From the NCBI GenBank assembly GCA_028704885.1, contig JAQWEN010000001.1:286679-350678 (forward strand): 64,000 nt of DNA. The letters are read 5' to 3'. Made by a program: the position numbers and the translations under genes. Shown piece by piece: positions 29,159-38,360 of this stretch. The stretch comes from Candidatus Shapirobacteria bacterium (lineage in GTDB: Bacteria; Patescibacteriota; Microgenomatia; UBA12405). A model generated the notes under the pieces. It was given only the letters and a program-made list of their open reading frames with translations, did not search any database and was not told where the DNA came from. The stretch's first letter is position 1; every line of letters starts with the position of its first letter.

Positions 29159-30937
29159 CTATTTTACCAGATTTAGGCTCTTTTTTGAAATTTGATCTTT
29201 AAGAGAATCAATAAATTGAGATAAAGGCATTATACCAAGGTCTTGACCGTCTCGTTGACGGACTGAAATAGTGTTGTTTTCAGCTTCGCGACCACCGATA
29301 ATTATCATATAAGGAATTTTTTCACCGGCAGCATTTCGAATTTTATTTTGCATGGTTTCGGATTTATCATCAATTTCAACTCGAATACCGTTTTCTTTTA
29401 ATTCTTTTTCAATATTTTGGGCATATTCAAGTTGACAATCAGTGATGGGAATTATTTTGACTTGAACTGGAGAAATCCAAGTTGGGAAAGCCCCTCCAAA
29501 TTGTTCGATTAAAATACCCATAAATCTTTCGATAGATCCGGAGATGGCTCGATGAATAACAACTGGACGCTCTTTTTCACCTTTTTCGTTAGTAAAAGAA
29601 AGATCAAATCTTTCAGGCAAATTAAAATCACATTGGATAGTGGCTAATTGCCATTCTCTTTTAAGAGCATCTTTAAACATAAAATCTAGTTTTGGACCAT
29701 AAAAAGCGGCTTCGTCAATACCGATTTTGTAAGGCAGCTGATTTTTATCGGAAATACTTTTTAAAGCAGTTTCGGCTTTTTCCCAAATTTCATTTGAACC
29801 TAAATATTTACCTTTTGGACCACGAGTGGAAAGCCTAACCCAATAATTTTCCATCATACCGAAAGTGGTATAAAATTCTTTAATTATCCCTACTATAGTG
29901 GTAATTTCAGTTTCTAATTGAGAAGTACGGCAAAATAAATGACCATCGTCTTGAGTAATGGCTCTGACACGAGTTAATCCAGAAAGTTCGCCAGCTTTTT
30001 CATCACGATAAACAGTAGCTGGTTCAAAATAACGAACTGGCATATCGCGATAACTAAATTGATTATCGGCAAAAATTTGCATGTGATGAGGACAATTCAT
30101 TGGTTTAAGATAAAAAATTTCATTTTTATCTTTTCCTTGAACTTTAAAAATATTGTCACCAAATTTTTCAGCATGGCCAGAAGTTATATAAAGTTCTTCT
30201 TTAGTAATATGTGGAGTCCAAACTTGAGAATAGCCTTTGTTTTTATGTAAATCCCAAAGATATTGTTCAAGTTCTTTTCTAATAATCATTCCATTTGGCT
30301 GGAGTAGAGGTAAACCAGCACCGACTAATTTGGAAATGGTAAATAACTTTAATTTTTGACCAAGAATGCGGTGATCTCGTTTTTTGGCTTCTTCGATTAA
30401 ATTTAAATATTCCTCTAATTCTGGTTTAGATTCGAAAGCAGTGCCGTAAATACGGGTAAGCATTTTATTTTTTTCATCGCCATGCCAATAAGCACCAGCG
30501 ATAGATAAAAGCTTAAAAGCTTTAATGCCTTTGGTATAGCGAACATGAGGGCCGGCACAAAGATCAGTAAATTCATCACCAGTTTTATAAATTGTAATAA
30601 TTTCTCCTCTGTCTTGAATGGAATTCAACCATTCCATTTTGTAAGGATTATCGGCAAATAATTTTTTGGCATCATCTAGACTAATTTCTTGCCTAATTAT
30701 TGGTAAATTTTCTTTGACAATTTTAGCCATTTCGGTTTCGATGGCGGGAAAATCAGCATCACTGACTTTAAACTCCCCTATTGGTTCGAAATCAAAATAA
30801 AAACCGTCATCAGTGGCTGGTCCCATGGCCATTAAAAATTTATTGGGAAAAAGTCTTTGCATGGCTTGAGTAAGAACATGCTCGGCTGAATGACGAATTG
30901 TTTGAATTTCTTTTTTGGAATCGATTGTTGAATTCAT
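29159..30937 (-). CDS. thrS: threonine--tRNA ligase (lacking N-terminal TGS domain)
   Basis: Editing-domain HSAEH motif near the N-terminus and class II core (RDHRILGQKL). 592 aa. Confidence 0.9.
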   Translation of the reverse strand: MNSTIDSKKEIQTIRHSAEHVLTQAMQRLFPNKFLMAMGPATDDGFYFDFEPIGEFKVSDADFPAIETEMAKIVKENLPIIRQEISLDDAKKLFADNPYKMEWLNSIQDRGEIITIYKTGDEFTDLCAGPHVRYTKGIKAFKLLSIAGAYWHGDEKNKMLTRIYGTAFESKPELEEYLNLIEEAKKRDHRILGQKLKLFTISKLVGAGLPLLQPNGMIIRKELEQYLWDLHKNKGYSQVWTPHITKEELYITSGHAEKFGDNIFKVQGKDKNEIFYLKPMNCPHHMQIFADNQFSYRDMPVRYFEPATVYRDEKAGELSGLTRVRAITQDDGHLFCRTSQLETEITTIVGIIKEFYTTFGMMENYWVRLSTRGPKGKYLGSNEIWEKAETALKSISDKNQLPYKIGIDEAAFYGPKLDFMFKDALKREWQLATIQCDFNLPERFDLSFTNEKGEKERPVVIHRAISGSIERFMGILIEQFGGAFPTWISPVQVKIIPITDCQLEYAQNIEKELKENGIRVEIDDKSETMQNKIRNAAGEKIPYMIIIGGREAENNTISVRQRDGQDLGIMPLSQFIDSLKDQISKKSLNLVK

Positions 30938-30964
30938 GAGTTATTTTATCAAGAAAAGTGTGTG

Positions 30965-31038
30965 TGAGTCTAAGAGGACTCGAACCTCTGACCTCTTCGA
31001 TGTCAACGAAGCGCTCTAACCAACTGAGCTATAGACTC
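30965..31038 (-). tRNA. tRNA-Val (anticodon GAC)
   Basis: Cloverleaf on the minus strand: acceptor GAGTCTA/TAGACTC and anticodon loop TTGACAT. Confidence 0.8.
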
Positions 31039-31058
31039 GGATAGGAAAGATTTTAGCA

Positions 31059-31622
31059 TTAGTTGGCTGACCTAGCAACCGCATGTTCACTACTATTGAG
31101 ATATTTTTCACCACCATTTTTATTTTTGGCTTTATTCCAAAAAGCATTACGTTTTGATTTTTTGTGATTGAAACTTTCTAACCAGACTCCAGCTTCATTT
31201 ATGTTTCGACGGAATTGGACAATTAAGTTCTTGATTCTTTCTAAGAAAGATAATTGATATTTATTAGCCTCGGTTATATTTTGACTGGTTGACTGTTCTA
31301 CTTCATGGTCAAGATTTTCAGTAACTTGAACAAGGTTTTTAATTTCTATGCGAAGATCCTGAATAGTTTTTTCAACTTCGTTTTGGTGTTGGTTAATAAA
31401 AAGGGATTGTTCTTTTTGAATGTAATTATCAAATCGTGGTTTTTCAGGAATCTTTATTTCCTGACTAAAATCGATGGTTTCACCGGGTCTTAAAACACCA
31501 TTTAAGATAGAAGAAACAGTCACTTGATGGTTTGTCGGCGTCTTATAAATCTCAGCACCATCAAATGCTGGATTATATTTACCTTTTTGTGGATTTTTAA
31601 CAAAAGAATTACTACCTGCCAT
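31059..31622 (-). CDS. hypothetical protein (coiled-coil)
   Basis: 187-aa ORF with a coiled-coil-like central region and no recognisable motif. Confidence 0.4.
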   Translation of the reverse strand: MAGSNSFVKNPQKGKYNPAFDGAEIYKTPTNHQVTVSSILNGVLRPGETIDFSQEIKIPEKPRFDNYIQKEQSLFINQHQNEVEKTIQDLRIEIKNLVQVTENLDHEVEQSTSQNITEANKYQLSFLERIKNLIVQFRRNINEAGVWLESFNHKKSKRNAFWNKAKNKNGGEKYLNSSEHAVARSAN

Positions 31623-31631
31623 AGTGGCCTA

Positions 31632-32456
31632 TTATAGCAACTTTTTGAGGAAATCGAAAACTTTTTGCTGAGTAAGGAGATAGTAAATAAAATTAACGTT
31701 TTGACCTAGAGATGGGTTGGTTTTAGCAATATCTGTAACTTCAGTTTCAGTGACTTCAATTTTTTGTTCTTTGGCAATTTGGGTAATGCTTAAGTTTAAG
31801 GTCCATTCTTTAATTAGTTGTTTTTTAAGATTTTCCTTATATTGTTCAAGAGTTAAACCTTTGGTTTTTAGATAATCAGCAACACTAATCCCCGCCTGTC
31901 TAGCTTGATCAATTAATTGAGAAAGTTGATTTTGAGTATCTGATTCAATTAGAATTTCAGGCAATTCGACTTTGCCATTATTAACCAAAGAATCGATTAT
32001 TTTTTCAATCTTTTGATTTTCATCAGTAATGGTTTTATCAGAATTTATTTTTTTAACTTCGGTTAAATATTTATCATTAAGTTTGATTTCTGGTAATTCA
32101 CAGCTGGTAATTTCAATTTGCCAGTCATGATCAAAATCAACGTCTTTACTGGTAAATTTAACCTGAGGTTGAACAATTGGTTTGAGTTCGTATTCTTTTA
32201 TTTTTTCACCATAAGCATGGGAAATTAGATGAGAAGCAACTTCTTCAAACAATTTTTCGGGGTTAATATTTTGCTCAACTACATCTAGAGGAACCTTGCC
32301 TTTTCGAAAACCTTTACTTTCGTAATTGGCTTGAAAATGCTTTAAATGCTCTTGATATTCCTCTTTAATATCAGCTAATTTAATTTCAACATTTAAACTA
32401 AAAACTTTATTGTCTTGTTTTTTTAGATCAGTGGAGTTTGTTTTCATAAGTGCCAT
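31632..32456 (-). CDS. tig: trigger factor-like chaperone (ribosome-binding N-domain only; no PPIase domain)
   Basis: Trigger factor signature GFRKGKVP (GFRxGxxP) in the N-terminal domain. Only 274 aa. Confidence 0.6.
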   Translation of the reverse strand: MALMKTNSTDLKKQDNKVFSLNVEIKLADIKEEYQEHLKHFQANYESKGFRKGKVPLDVVEQNINPEKLFEEVASHLISHAYGEKIKEYELKPIVQPQVKFTSKDVDFDHDWQIEITSCELPEIKLNDKYLTEVKKINSDKTITDENQKIEKIIDSLVNNGKVELPEILIESDTQNQLSQLIDQARQAGISVADYLKTKGLTLEQYKENLKKQLIKEWTLNLSITQIAKEQKIEVTETEVTDIAKTNPSLGQNVNFIYYLLTQQKVFDFLKKLL

Positions 32457-32465
32457 TATGATAAC

Positions 32466-33095
32466 ATGAGAACAGTGATTGAAAAACCATTGTTTAATTT
32501 TAAACGGTTGTTGTTGATGCCGGTTTTTTTTATGTTAACACTGATTGTTGGTGTCGCTGAATTAACTTATTTATCTGGTAATTTTGGTAAAAAAAATGTT
32601 GTATTTGGAAAAAATGGATTGGAAAATGTAATAGTTGGATCGGCTGGTGAAATTGAAAATAAAGATATTTCTGTAAATACAATTGCGACTGGGGCTGATG
32701 CCAGACCAATGTTGATTAAAAAATATCTAGAAAAATATAATTCCCCTCTTGTTCCTTATTCGGATTTAATTTTTGAATTGTCAGAGACTTATGGATATGA
32801 ATATTATTGGATTGTAGCGATTGCTCAACAAGAATCTAACTTGTGTAAAAAAGCTCCCGAGGAATCTCATAATTGTTGGGGTTATGGAATTCATAAAAAT
32901 GGGACTCTTAAATTTGATAATTATGAGCTGGCTATTAAGAGCTATGCGGAATATCTAAAAAGACAATATTTTGACAAAGGTTTAAATACTCCAGAATTGA
33001 TGATGAAAAAATATTGTCCAAGTTCAAATGGTTCTTGGGCTAATGGAGTAAATCAGTTTATAGAAGAGCTTAAAAATGGTAGTTTCGATATGTAA
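32466..33095 (+). CDS. hypothetical membrane-anchored protein, possible cell-wall hydrolase
   Basis: N-terminal TM anchor. The segment YYWIVAIAQQESNLC...CWGYG loosely resembles muramidase/transglycosylase catalytic regions. Confidence 0.35.
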   Translation: MRTVIEKPLFNFKRLLLMPVFFMLTLIVGVAELTYLSGNFGKKNVVFGKNGLENVIVGSAGEIENKDISVNTIATGADARPMLIKKYLEKYNSPLVPYSDLIFELSETYGYEYYWIVAIAQQESNLCKKAPEESHNCWGYGIHKNGTLKFDNYELAIKSYAEYLKRQYFDKGLNTPELMMKKYCPSSNGSWANGVNQFIEELKNGSFDM

Positions 33096-33115
33096 TATTT
33101 GTGTATTGACTTACA

Positions 33116-33144
33116 TATCATGTTTTGATATAGTTTTAAGCAGA
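33116..33144 (+). promoter_or_regulatory. sigma70-like promoter upstream of efp (TTGACT-17-TATAGT)
   Basis: -35 TTGACT at 33116-33121, 17-nt spacer, -10 TATAGT at 33139-33144. About 80 nt before the efp ATG. Confidence 0.45.
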
Positions 33145-33223
33145 TCCTGGGGTGGCTCCTCTAAAAGCATGCTCTGGGATTTTTTTTGGAAAAATTTTAA
33201 AATTTTGTGTTAAAATCAAGCCT

Positions 33224-33787
33224 ATGGGAGTTATATCAACATCACAATTCAAAAGAGGTATTTATATTCTTTTCCAAAATGAGCCATACATGATAGTGGA
33301 CACATCTTTTACCTCACCAGGAAAAGGTTCAGCTTTTTATAAAACTAAACTTAAAAATCTTTACACTGGAAGAATAGTAGATTACACCTACAAATCTGGG
33401 GAAAAAGTGGAAGAGGTTTTAGTGGAAACACATGAAGCTGAATATTCTTACTTTGATGGATCGAATTATGTTTTTATTGAACCAAGAAGTTTTGAACAAT
33501 ATACAGTACCAGTGGAAATAATTGGTGATGATAAGGTTTATTTAAAAGAAGGTCTTTTATATAGAATTAAATTCTATGATGAAAAGGCGGTAGGAATTGG
33601 TTTACCTAAGACAATTGCTTTTAAAATAGTTGAAGCTGAAAATTCAGTTAAGGGTGATACAGCAACTAATGCCACAAAAACGGCAATATTAGACACTGGA
33701 ATGAAAGTTTTAGTACCTTTGTTTATTAAGACTGGTGAAGAAATTTTAGTAAATACAGAAACTGGTGCTTATTTGTCCCGAAAATAA
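33224..33787 (+). CDS. efp: elongation factor P
   Basis: MGVISTSQFKRGIYILFQNEPYMIVD...SPGKGSAFYKTKLKNL contains the KPGKG-type loop. Start chosen at an internal Met of the track ORF. Confidence 0.85.
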   Translation: MGVISTSQFKRGIYILFQNEPYMIVDTSFTSPGKGSAFYKTKLKNLYTGRIVDYTYKSGEKVEEVLVETHEAEYSYFDGSNYVFIEPRSFEQYTVPVEIIGDDKVYLKEGLLYRIKFYDEKAVGIGLPKTIAFKIVEAENSVKGDTATNATKTAILDTGMKVLVPLFIKTGEEILVNTETGAYLSRK

Positions 33788-33820
33788 AGATATTTTGATA
33801 AAATACAGGGTAACTTATTT

Positions 33821-33894
33821 GTCCTCATAGCTCAGTTGGATAGAGCGCTTCCCTTCTAAGGAAGAGGTCGCAGGTTCGATCCCTGCTGGGGATA
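33821..33894 (+). tRNA. tRNA-Arg (anticodon TCT)
   Basis: Cloverleaf with anticodon stem-loop CTTCC-CTTCTAA-GGAAG and T-loop TTCGATC. Confidence 0.8.
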
Positions 33895-33906
33895 CTTAGA
33901 TTTTTT

Positions 33907-33978
33907 GCGCCCATAGCTCAATGGATAGAGTAGTAGTCTTCGGAACTATTGATGGGGGTTCGATTCCCTCTGGGCGTA
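33907..33978 (+). tRNA. tRNA-Arg (anticodon TCG)
   Basis: Acceptor GCGCCCA/TGGGCGT, anticodon loop CTTCGGA, T-arm GGGGG-TTCGATT-CCCTC. Confidence 0.7.
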
Positions 33979-33983
33979 CTTGA

Positions 33984-34056
33984 GGGTTTGTAGCTCAGTT
34001 GGTAGAGCGGTCGCCTCTTAAGCGATTGGTCGCGGGTTCGAGTCCCGCCGGACCCA
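33984..34056 (+). tRNA. tRNA-Lys (anticodon CTT)
   Basis: Acceptor GGGTTTG/CGGACCC, anticodon loop CTCTTAA, T-loop TTCGAGT. Confidence 0.8.
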
Positions 34057-34130
34057 CACTTTAGTGTTTGAAATCTGGCATTCGGTATCGAGCAATCGGT
34101 AACTGGACGCCAGTTTTCAGATACTAAAAT

Positions 34131-34212
34131 GCCGCAGTGTTGAAATTGGTATACAAGCACGGCTTAGGACCGTGTGGGGAAACCCATGGAGGTTCAAGTC
34201 CTCTCTGCGGCA
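34131..34212 (+). tRNA. tRNA-Leu (anticodon TAG), class II with long variable arm
   Basis: Acceptor GCCGCAG/CTGCGGC, anticodon loop CTTAGGA, variable arm TGGGGAAACCCAT. Confidence 0.8.
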
Positions 34213-34446
34213 CTTGAAGAGATATTAGATAATAAATATTAGATCGTAGATTGTAAAAAACTAAAACAAAAATATTTTATTCGGCACTGGAAGAAATGTT
34301 AGATTGCTGAAATTGTAAATTTTGTGTTATTATCCCTAATAATTAACAAACATAGCGTTTGGGACATTAAAATAAAAAAAGAGAGGAGAAGAGAAGAAAT
34401 ATTCTTTCAATTCAAAAAAAAAACAATATTTGGAGGGAGATTAAAA

Positions 34447-34821
34447 ATGGGTTTTTGCGCAAAATCAGGTCAGCGAGTTTTTAATTCTTGTTTCGAAATT
34501 ACTGTTCATCGATACAAGGAAGGAGAAAATGGATATTTACAACTTTTAGAAGTTGACAGATCGAAAGATGAAACAGTTTTTATCGTCCATGAATTTTTCG
34601 ATAAAGAACGAATAGGATTTTTCATTGAATGTCATTCCAAAGGTGAATCTCTGAGAATTTATTCAATGTTGTTGGATTATTTCTCTAAAAAAGAAGTTTT
34701 CAGACTGATAGAAGAGAGAAGAAAAGTTGAAAAAATTGTTTGTTATAAGGATACTCATAAACCCTGGTTTTTTCATCCTAGAGATAAATTTATTATTGAA
34801 GATACCTTTGCTCTTTCTTAA
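34447..34821 (+). CDS. hypothetical protein
   Basis: ORF beginning MGFCAKSG, preceded by the SD-like GGAGGGA 8 nt upstream. The track ORF starts earlier at 34324. Confidence 0.4.
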   Translation: MGFCAKSGQRVFNSCFEITVHRYKEGENGYLQLLEVDRSKDETVFIVHEFFDKERIGFFIECHSKGESLRIYSMLLDYFSKKEVFRLIEERRKVEKIVCYKDTHKPWFFHPRDKFIIEDTFALS

Positions 34822-34864
34822 AAATTTTGACCGGCAGGTTGTTGCATATTTGCAGACTTGCCGG

Positions 34865-36247
34865 TTATTTTTTGATAAAAAATGATTTGAAAGAATTTAA
34901 AACTCTTTTAAATAAATTTTCTTTTGGATGATAGAGAGTTGATTCTTTGGTGAATTTTTTAATTTCAAAATCATCTAAATCACCCCAGGAGATATAGGTT
35001 TTATCTTGGTAATTTTCGAGTTTATTGACCGTAAATTTAAATTTAAAAATTTTATATTGACCAGGGTAAACAAGATTGTTATCACTGCAAATTTCAGTGG
35101 TAATAATATTAGGACTGGTTTTCGGGGTAAGACAAAATCTTTTTTCGCCCCAAATTGACTGGCCGGTATTTTTTAAGATAATTTCACCAGAATATTCGTT
35201 ATTTTCGAAAATTAAAAAAGGAATATTTATTTTTTCGAGTTGATATTTGGTAATTTGTTCTGGATTGTTTTGTTTTTTAGGCAAATCAATTAATTTTTGA
35301 TATTCAGGAAAAAGGTTCCCATCTTGATTTAGCCAGGAAAAGTGATCGAATGGTTCTTGACAATAATTATAAATAAAAGGAGTAACAGCTTTGATTTTTG
35401 GATCCAAGGACCAAAGATTTATAGCTTCTATCAAAAATTGAGAAGTTGTTTTGGTAGTATAAAAATTATTTTGAGATTTAACACCTTCACGGTGAGGCCA
35501 ACCAGTTTCAGTAATAAAAACTGGTAATTCTTTATTAACACCAAGTTTTTTTAATAAATCCAATTCCCATTGATAACCGTGAATACTGTGTTGACCAGTG
35601 TCTTTTGGATTGCCGATAAAACCGTGATTAGGATAAGAATGAGAAGCTAATCCATCGATGTTGTTAAAATAATTTGGATTTATAGAAAGAACTTCTTTGT
35701 AAACATTTTCGGCGGATTTAAATTGAGGTGGTTTTTCAGGAGCGGCTAAATCAAGGGCACTGGATAAAATAAAAAAATTTGAATTAGTTTCTTTAAATTT
35801 TTTAGCAGCATAAAAACTTTTATCGGTAAAATCTTTAATATTAACTTCCCCACCCCATTCAGCACCATGATTGATTTCATTAAATAAAATAATGTGTTGT
35901 TCTTTGGTGGGCCAGTTTAGAGAATTTAAAAATGAAACAAGATGGTCAATATCGGAATAGTCTGGAACTTTCCAATTTTCACCTTCGCCAATAGTAGCAA
36001 TTCTAATTATGGGAATAATGTGGTATTTTCGGCAATTATCAAAAAAATCCTGCCAGGTAGTTTTGTCTAATTGGTCAATTTTAATAACAACAGTAGCCCA
36101 ACCCCAATCACCATTTTGAGAATTTATCACCTTACTGGCTTGATGAATATCTTCGGTTTGGGATAGATGAAGGCCAAAAATATTATCAGATGCTAAAATA
36201 TGACTATTAAAAAGAAGGCTGAAAATCAGCAAAAATATAAAAAACAT
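34865..36247 (-). CDS. secreted TIM-barrel glycoside hydrolase-like protein (clan GH-A-like)
   Basis: Signal peptide MFFIFLLIFSLLF. FNEINHGAEWGG (NE acid/base-like) and FITETGWP (nucleophile-like) motifs. Start trimmed to avoid overlapping the downstream GTPase gene. Confidence 0.4.
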   Translation of the reverse strand: MFFIFLLIFSLLFNSHILASDNIFGLHLSQTEDIHQASKVINSQNGDWGWATVVIKIDQLDKTTWQDFFDNCRKYHIIPIIRIATIGEGENWKVPDYSDIDHLVSFLNSLNWPTKEQHIILFNEINHGAEWGGEVNIKDFTDKSFYAAKKFKETNSNFFILSSALDLAAPEKPPQFKSAENVYKEVLSINPNYFNNIDGLASHSYPNHGFIGNPKDTGQHSIHGYQWELDLLKKLGVNKELPVFITETGWPHREGVKSQNNFYTTKTTSQFLIEAINLWSLDPKIKAVTPFIYNYCQEPFDHFSWLNQDGNLFPEYQKLIDLPKKQNNPEQITKYQLEKINIPFLIFENNEYSGEIILKNTGQSIWGEKRFCLTPKTSPNIITTEICSDNNLVYPGQYKIFKFKFTVNKLENYQDKTYISWGDLDDFEIKKFTKESTLYHPKENLFKRVLNSFKSFFIKK

Positions 36248-36271
36248 AATTTGTGTAGTTAATTTTAGCAA

Positions 36272-37372
36272 ATGACAAAAGAAGAAATTATTAAAATGCA
36301 GATTTCTCGAATAGAGAAAGAAATTCGGGATTTGCCGTACCATAAAGGGACAGAACATCATCATGGAATAATGAAAGCCAGATTGGCCAAATTGAATGAT
36401 GAATTGAATGGTGGTGGATCTAAAGGTGGCGGCGGTGGAGTTGGATATGCAATTAAACACTCAGGAGATGCTTCTGTGGTTTTGGTTGGTTTACCAAGTG
36501 TAGGTAAATCAACTTTATTGAATGCAGTTACTAACGCTGAGTCTCGAGTAGGAAATTATGACTTTACAACATTAGGGGTAGTGCCGGGAATGATGGAATA
36601 TAAGGGAGTTAAAATACAAATTTTGGATTTACCAGGGATTATTGAAGGAGCAACTAAAAATAAGGGTTTCGGAAAAAAAGTATTATCAGTTATTAGAGCT
36701 AGTGATTTGGTGGTTTTAATGACAGATATCAAAAGAATAAATTGGCTAAAACAGGTGGAAGATGAGCTTTATCGATCTGGAATGAGACTTAATACTAGAC
36801 CGGCTAAAATCTCGATTCACAGGACTCATAAAGGGGCAATTCAGGTGATTGATCCATATAAATCTTTTGAAAAGGAAACAGTAGTGGAAGTGGCCAAAGA
36901 AATGGGTTTAAGTAATGCCATTATTCAAATCGGAGAAAAAGTTGAAGGAATTGATAAATTGGTTGATTCGATGTCGAAATCAATTAAATACATGGCTTCA
37001 GTGGAGGTAGTGACCAAAATTGATTTGGCTAAAAATTTTGATCCAAGAATGGTAGGTAAAAAAGATAACTTGGTGTTGATGTGTGCTGACAAAGGAATTG
37101 GTTTGGATGATTTTAAAGAAAAATTATGGAAAGGACTAGGACTGGTAAGAATTTATTTAAAGGAAGAAAGAAATATGGAGGCGGATTATGTTAAACCTTT
37201 AATTTTTAAAAATACCAGCACTTTGGATGATGTCTTAAAAAGAATTTCTAATCAGATGAGGGATGATGTTGGTAAAGCCTATATTTGGGGTAAAAATGCT
37301 AGATTTCCTGGACAAGAAGTATCGTTTAGTTTTAAGGTTTTTGACGAGATGGAAGTTTATTTTGGAAGATAA
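36272..37372 (+). CDS. OBG-class GTPase of the DRG/Rbg1 family with C-terminal TGS domain
   Basis: HHGIMKARLAKLNDEL, G1 GLPSVGKSTLL, YDFTTL, and KIQILDLPGIIEGA closely parallel eukaryotic/archaeal DRG proteins. C-terminal TGS-like fold. Confidence 0.75.
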   Translation: MTKEEIIKMQISRIEKEIRDLPYHKGTEHHHGIMKARLAKLNDELNGGGSKGGGGGVGYAIKHSGDASVVLVGLPSVGKSTLLNAVTNAESRVGNYDFTTLGVVPGMMEYKGVKIQILDLPGIIEGATKNKGFGKKVLSVIRASDLVVLMTDIKRINWLKQVEDELYRSGMRLNTRPAKISIHRTHKGAIQVIDPYKSFEKETVVEVAKEMGLSNAIIQIGEKVEGIDKLVDSMSKSIKYMASVEVVTKIDLAKNFDPRMVGKKDNLVLMCADKGIGLDDFKEKLWKGLGLVRIYLKEERNMEADYVKPLIFKNTSTLDDVLKRISNQMRDDVGKAYIWGKNARFPGQEVSFSFKVFDEMEVYFGR

Positions 37373-38360
37373 TTTGGGAACGAGATTTTACAACGTCTTT
37401 AGAAATTTTAGGTGAGTTTTCAAAAATAATTCTGGCTTTAGTGCCTGGACGGGGTGAATATCTAAAAACATGAATTTTAGAAAAACCAATTTTTTGACAC
37501 AAATTTAAAGTTTCTTGAAAATCTGATTCTGTTTCGGTTGGAAAACCAACAATAATATCTGTACCTAATTTTAGATCTCGGATTTCAGATCTCAGTTTTT
37601 CAGTTACTTCTTTAATTTTTTGAGAATTGTAAGGGCGGTTCATCAGTTTTAGAATTTTGTCAGAGCCGGATTGAATTGGAATATGAAGAAAATTAGATAA
37701 TCTTTCTGGATAACTCTTGAAAAGATTAATAAATTTTTGATCAATACAATTGATTGGGATGGAGCCAAAACTAATTAGTTTAATATCAGTTTTTTCTAAA
37801 ATTTCCTTAATTAAGGTTGAAAAATCATATTGATATTGATCAATATTAACTCCAGTGATTATTATTTCGGTATATCCATCAGAAACTGCCTTATTAACGG
37901 TTTCAATTGCTTTATTAATTTCTAGTGACCATAATTTGGGGCGTTTAAAGGGAACAATACAATAGGAACAAAATTGAGTACAACCAGATTGGATTTTTAA
38001 TAGAAAACGATGAGTATGACTAAATTTATCTTTAATTTTTGGAGTGTAGGAAGAATTTAATGTTTTTAATAATTCTTCTTTTGGATTAATGAATATATTG
38101 GAAAGATCTTTTATTTTTTCCAAATTAGCACAACCGGTGACATAAATTTTGGCGTCGGGATATTTTAAATGAAGATTTTTGACTTTATTTAGGGATTCTT
38201 TCTCCCCTTTTTTAGTAACAGAACAAGTGTTAATTAAAATTAAATCGGGATTAGAAATTGTAGGGAGATAACCTTGATTGACTAAAATTTGAGACCATTG
38301 ATTAGTTTCGGCAGAATTAACACGGCAACCAAAATTAACGGCGAGAAAAGTTTTTGACAT
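37332..38360 (-). CDS. radical SAM methylthiotransferase (MiaB/RimO/MtaB family, no TRAM domain)
   Basis: N-terminal MTTase domain (FGCRVNSAE) and radical SAM CxxxCxxC (GCTQFCSYC). 342 aa. Confidence 0.7.
   Translation of the reverse strand: MSKTFLAVNFGCRVNSAETNQWSQILVNQGYLPTISNPDLILINTCSVTKKGEKESLNKVKNLHLKYPDAKIYVTGCANLEKIKDLSNIFINPKEELLKTLNSSYTPKIKDKFSHTHRFLLKIQSGCTQFCSYCIVPFKRPKLWSLEINKAIETVNKAVSDGYTEIIITGVNIDQYQYDFSTLIKEILEKTDIKLISFGSIPINCIDQKFINLFKSYPERLSNFLHIPIQSGSDKILKLMNRPYNSQKIKEVTEKLRSEIRDLKLGTDIIVGFPTETESDFQETLNLCQKIGFSKIHVFRYSPRPGTKARIIFENSPKISKDVVKSRSQIIFQNKLPSRQKP

Noticed and set aside
33145-33223. Possible attenuator or hairpin in the efp leader (AGCATGCT palindrome followed by a T-run)
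   Set aside because: The palindrome is only 8 nt with no loop. A terminator-like structure could not be folded convincingly.
33918-34160. Track ORF (80 aa, minus) across the Arg/Arg/Lys tRNA array
   Set aside because: It lies entirely antisense to three well-folded tRNA genes. Its Pro/Arg/Ser-rich translation is typical of tRNA reverse complements.
34865-36460. Full 531-aa extent of the GH-like ORF
   Set aside because: The upstream 70 codons overlap the DRG GTPase gene on the opposite strand and precede the signal peptide. The start was trimmed to 36247.
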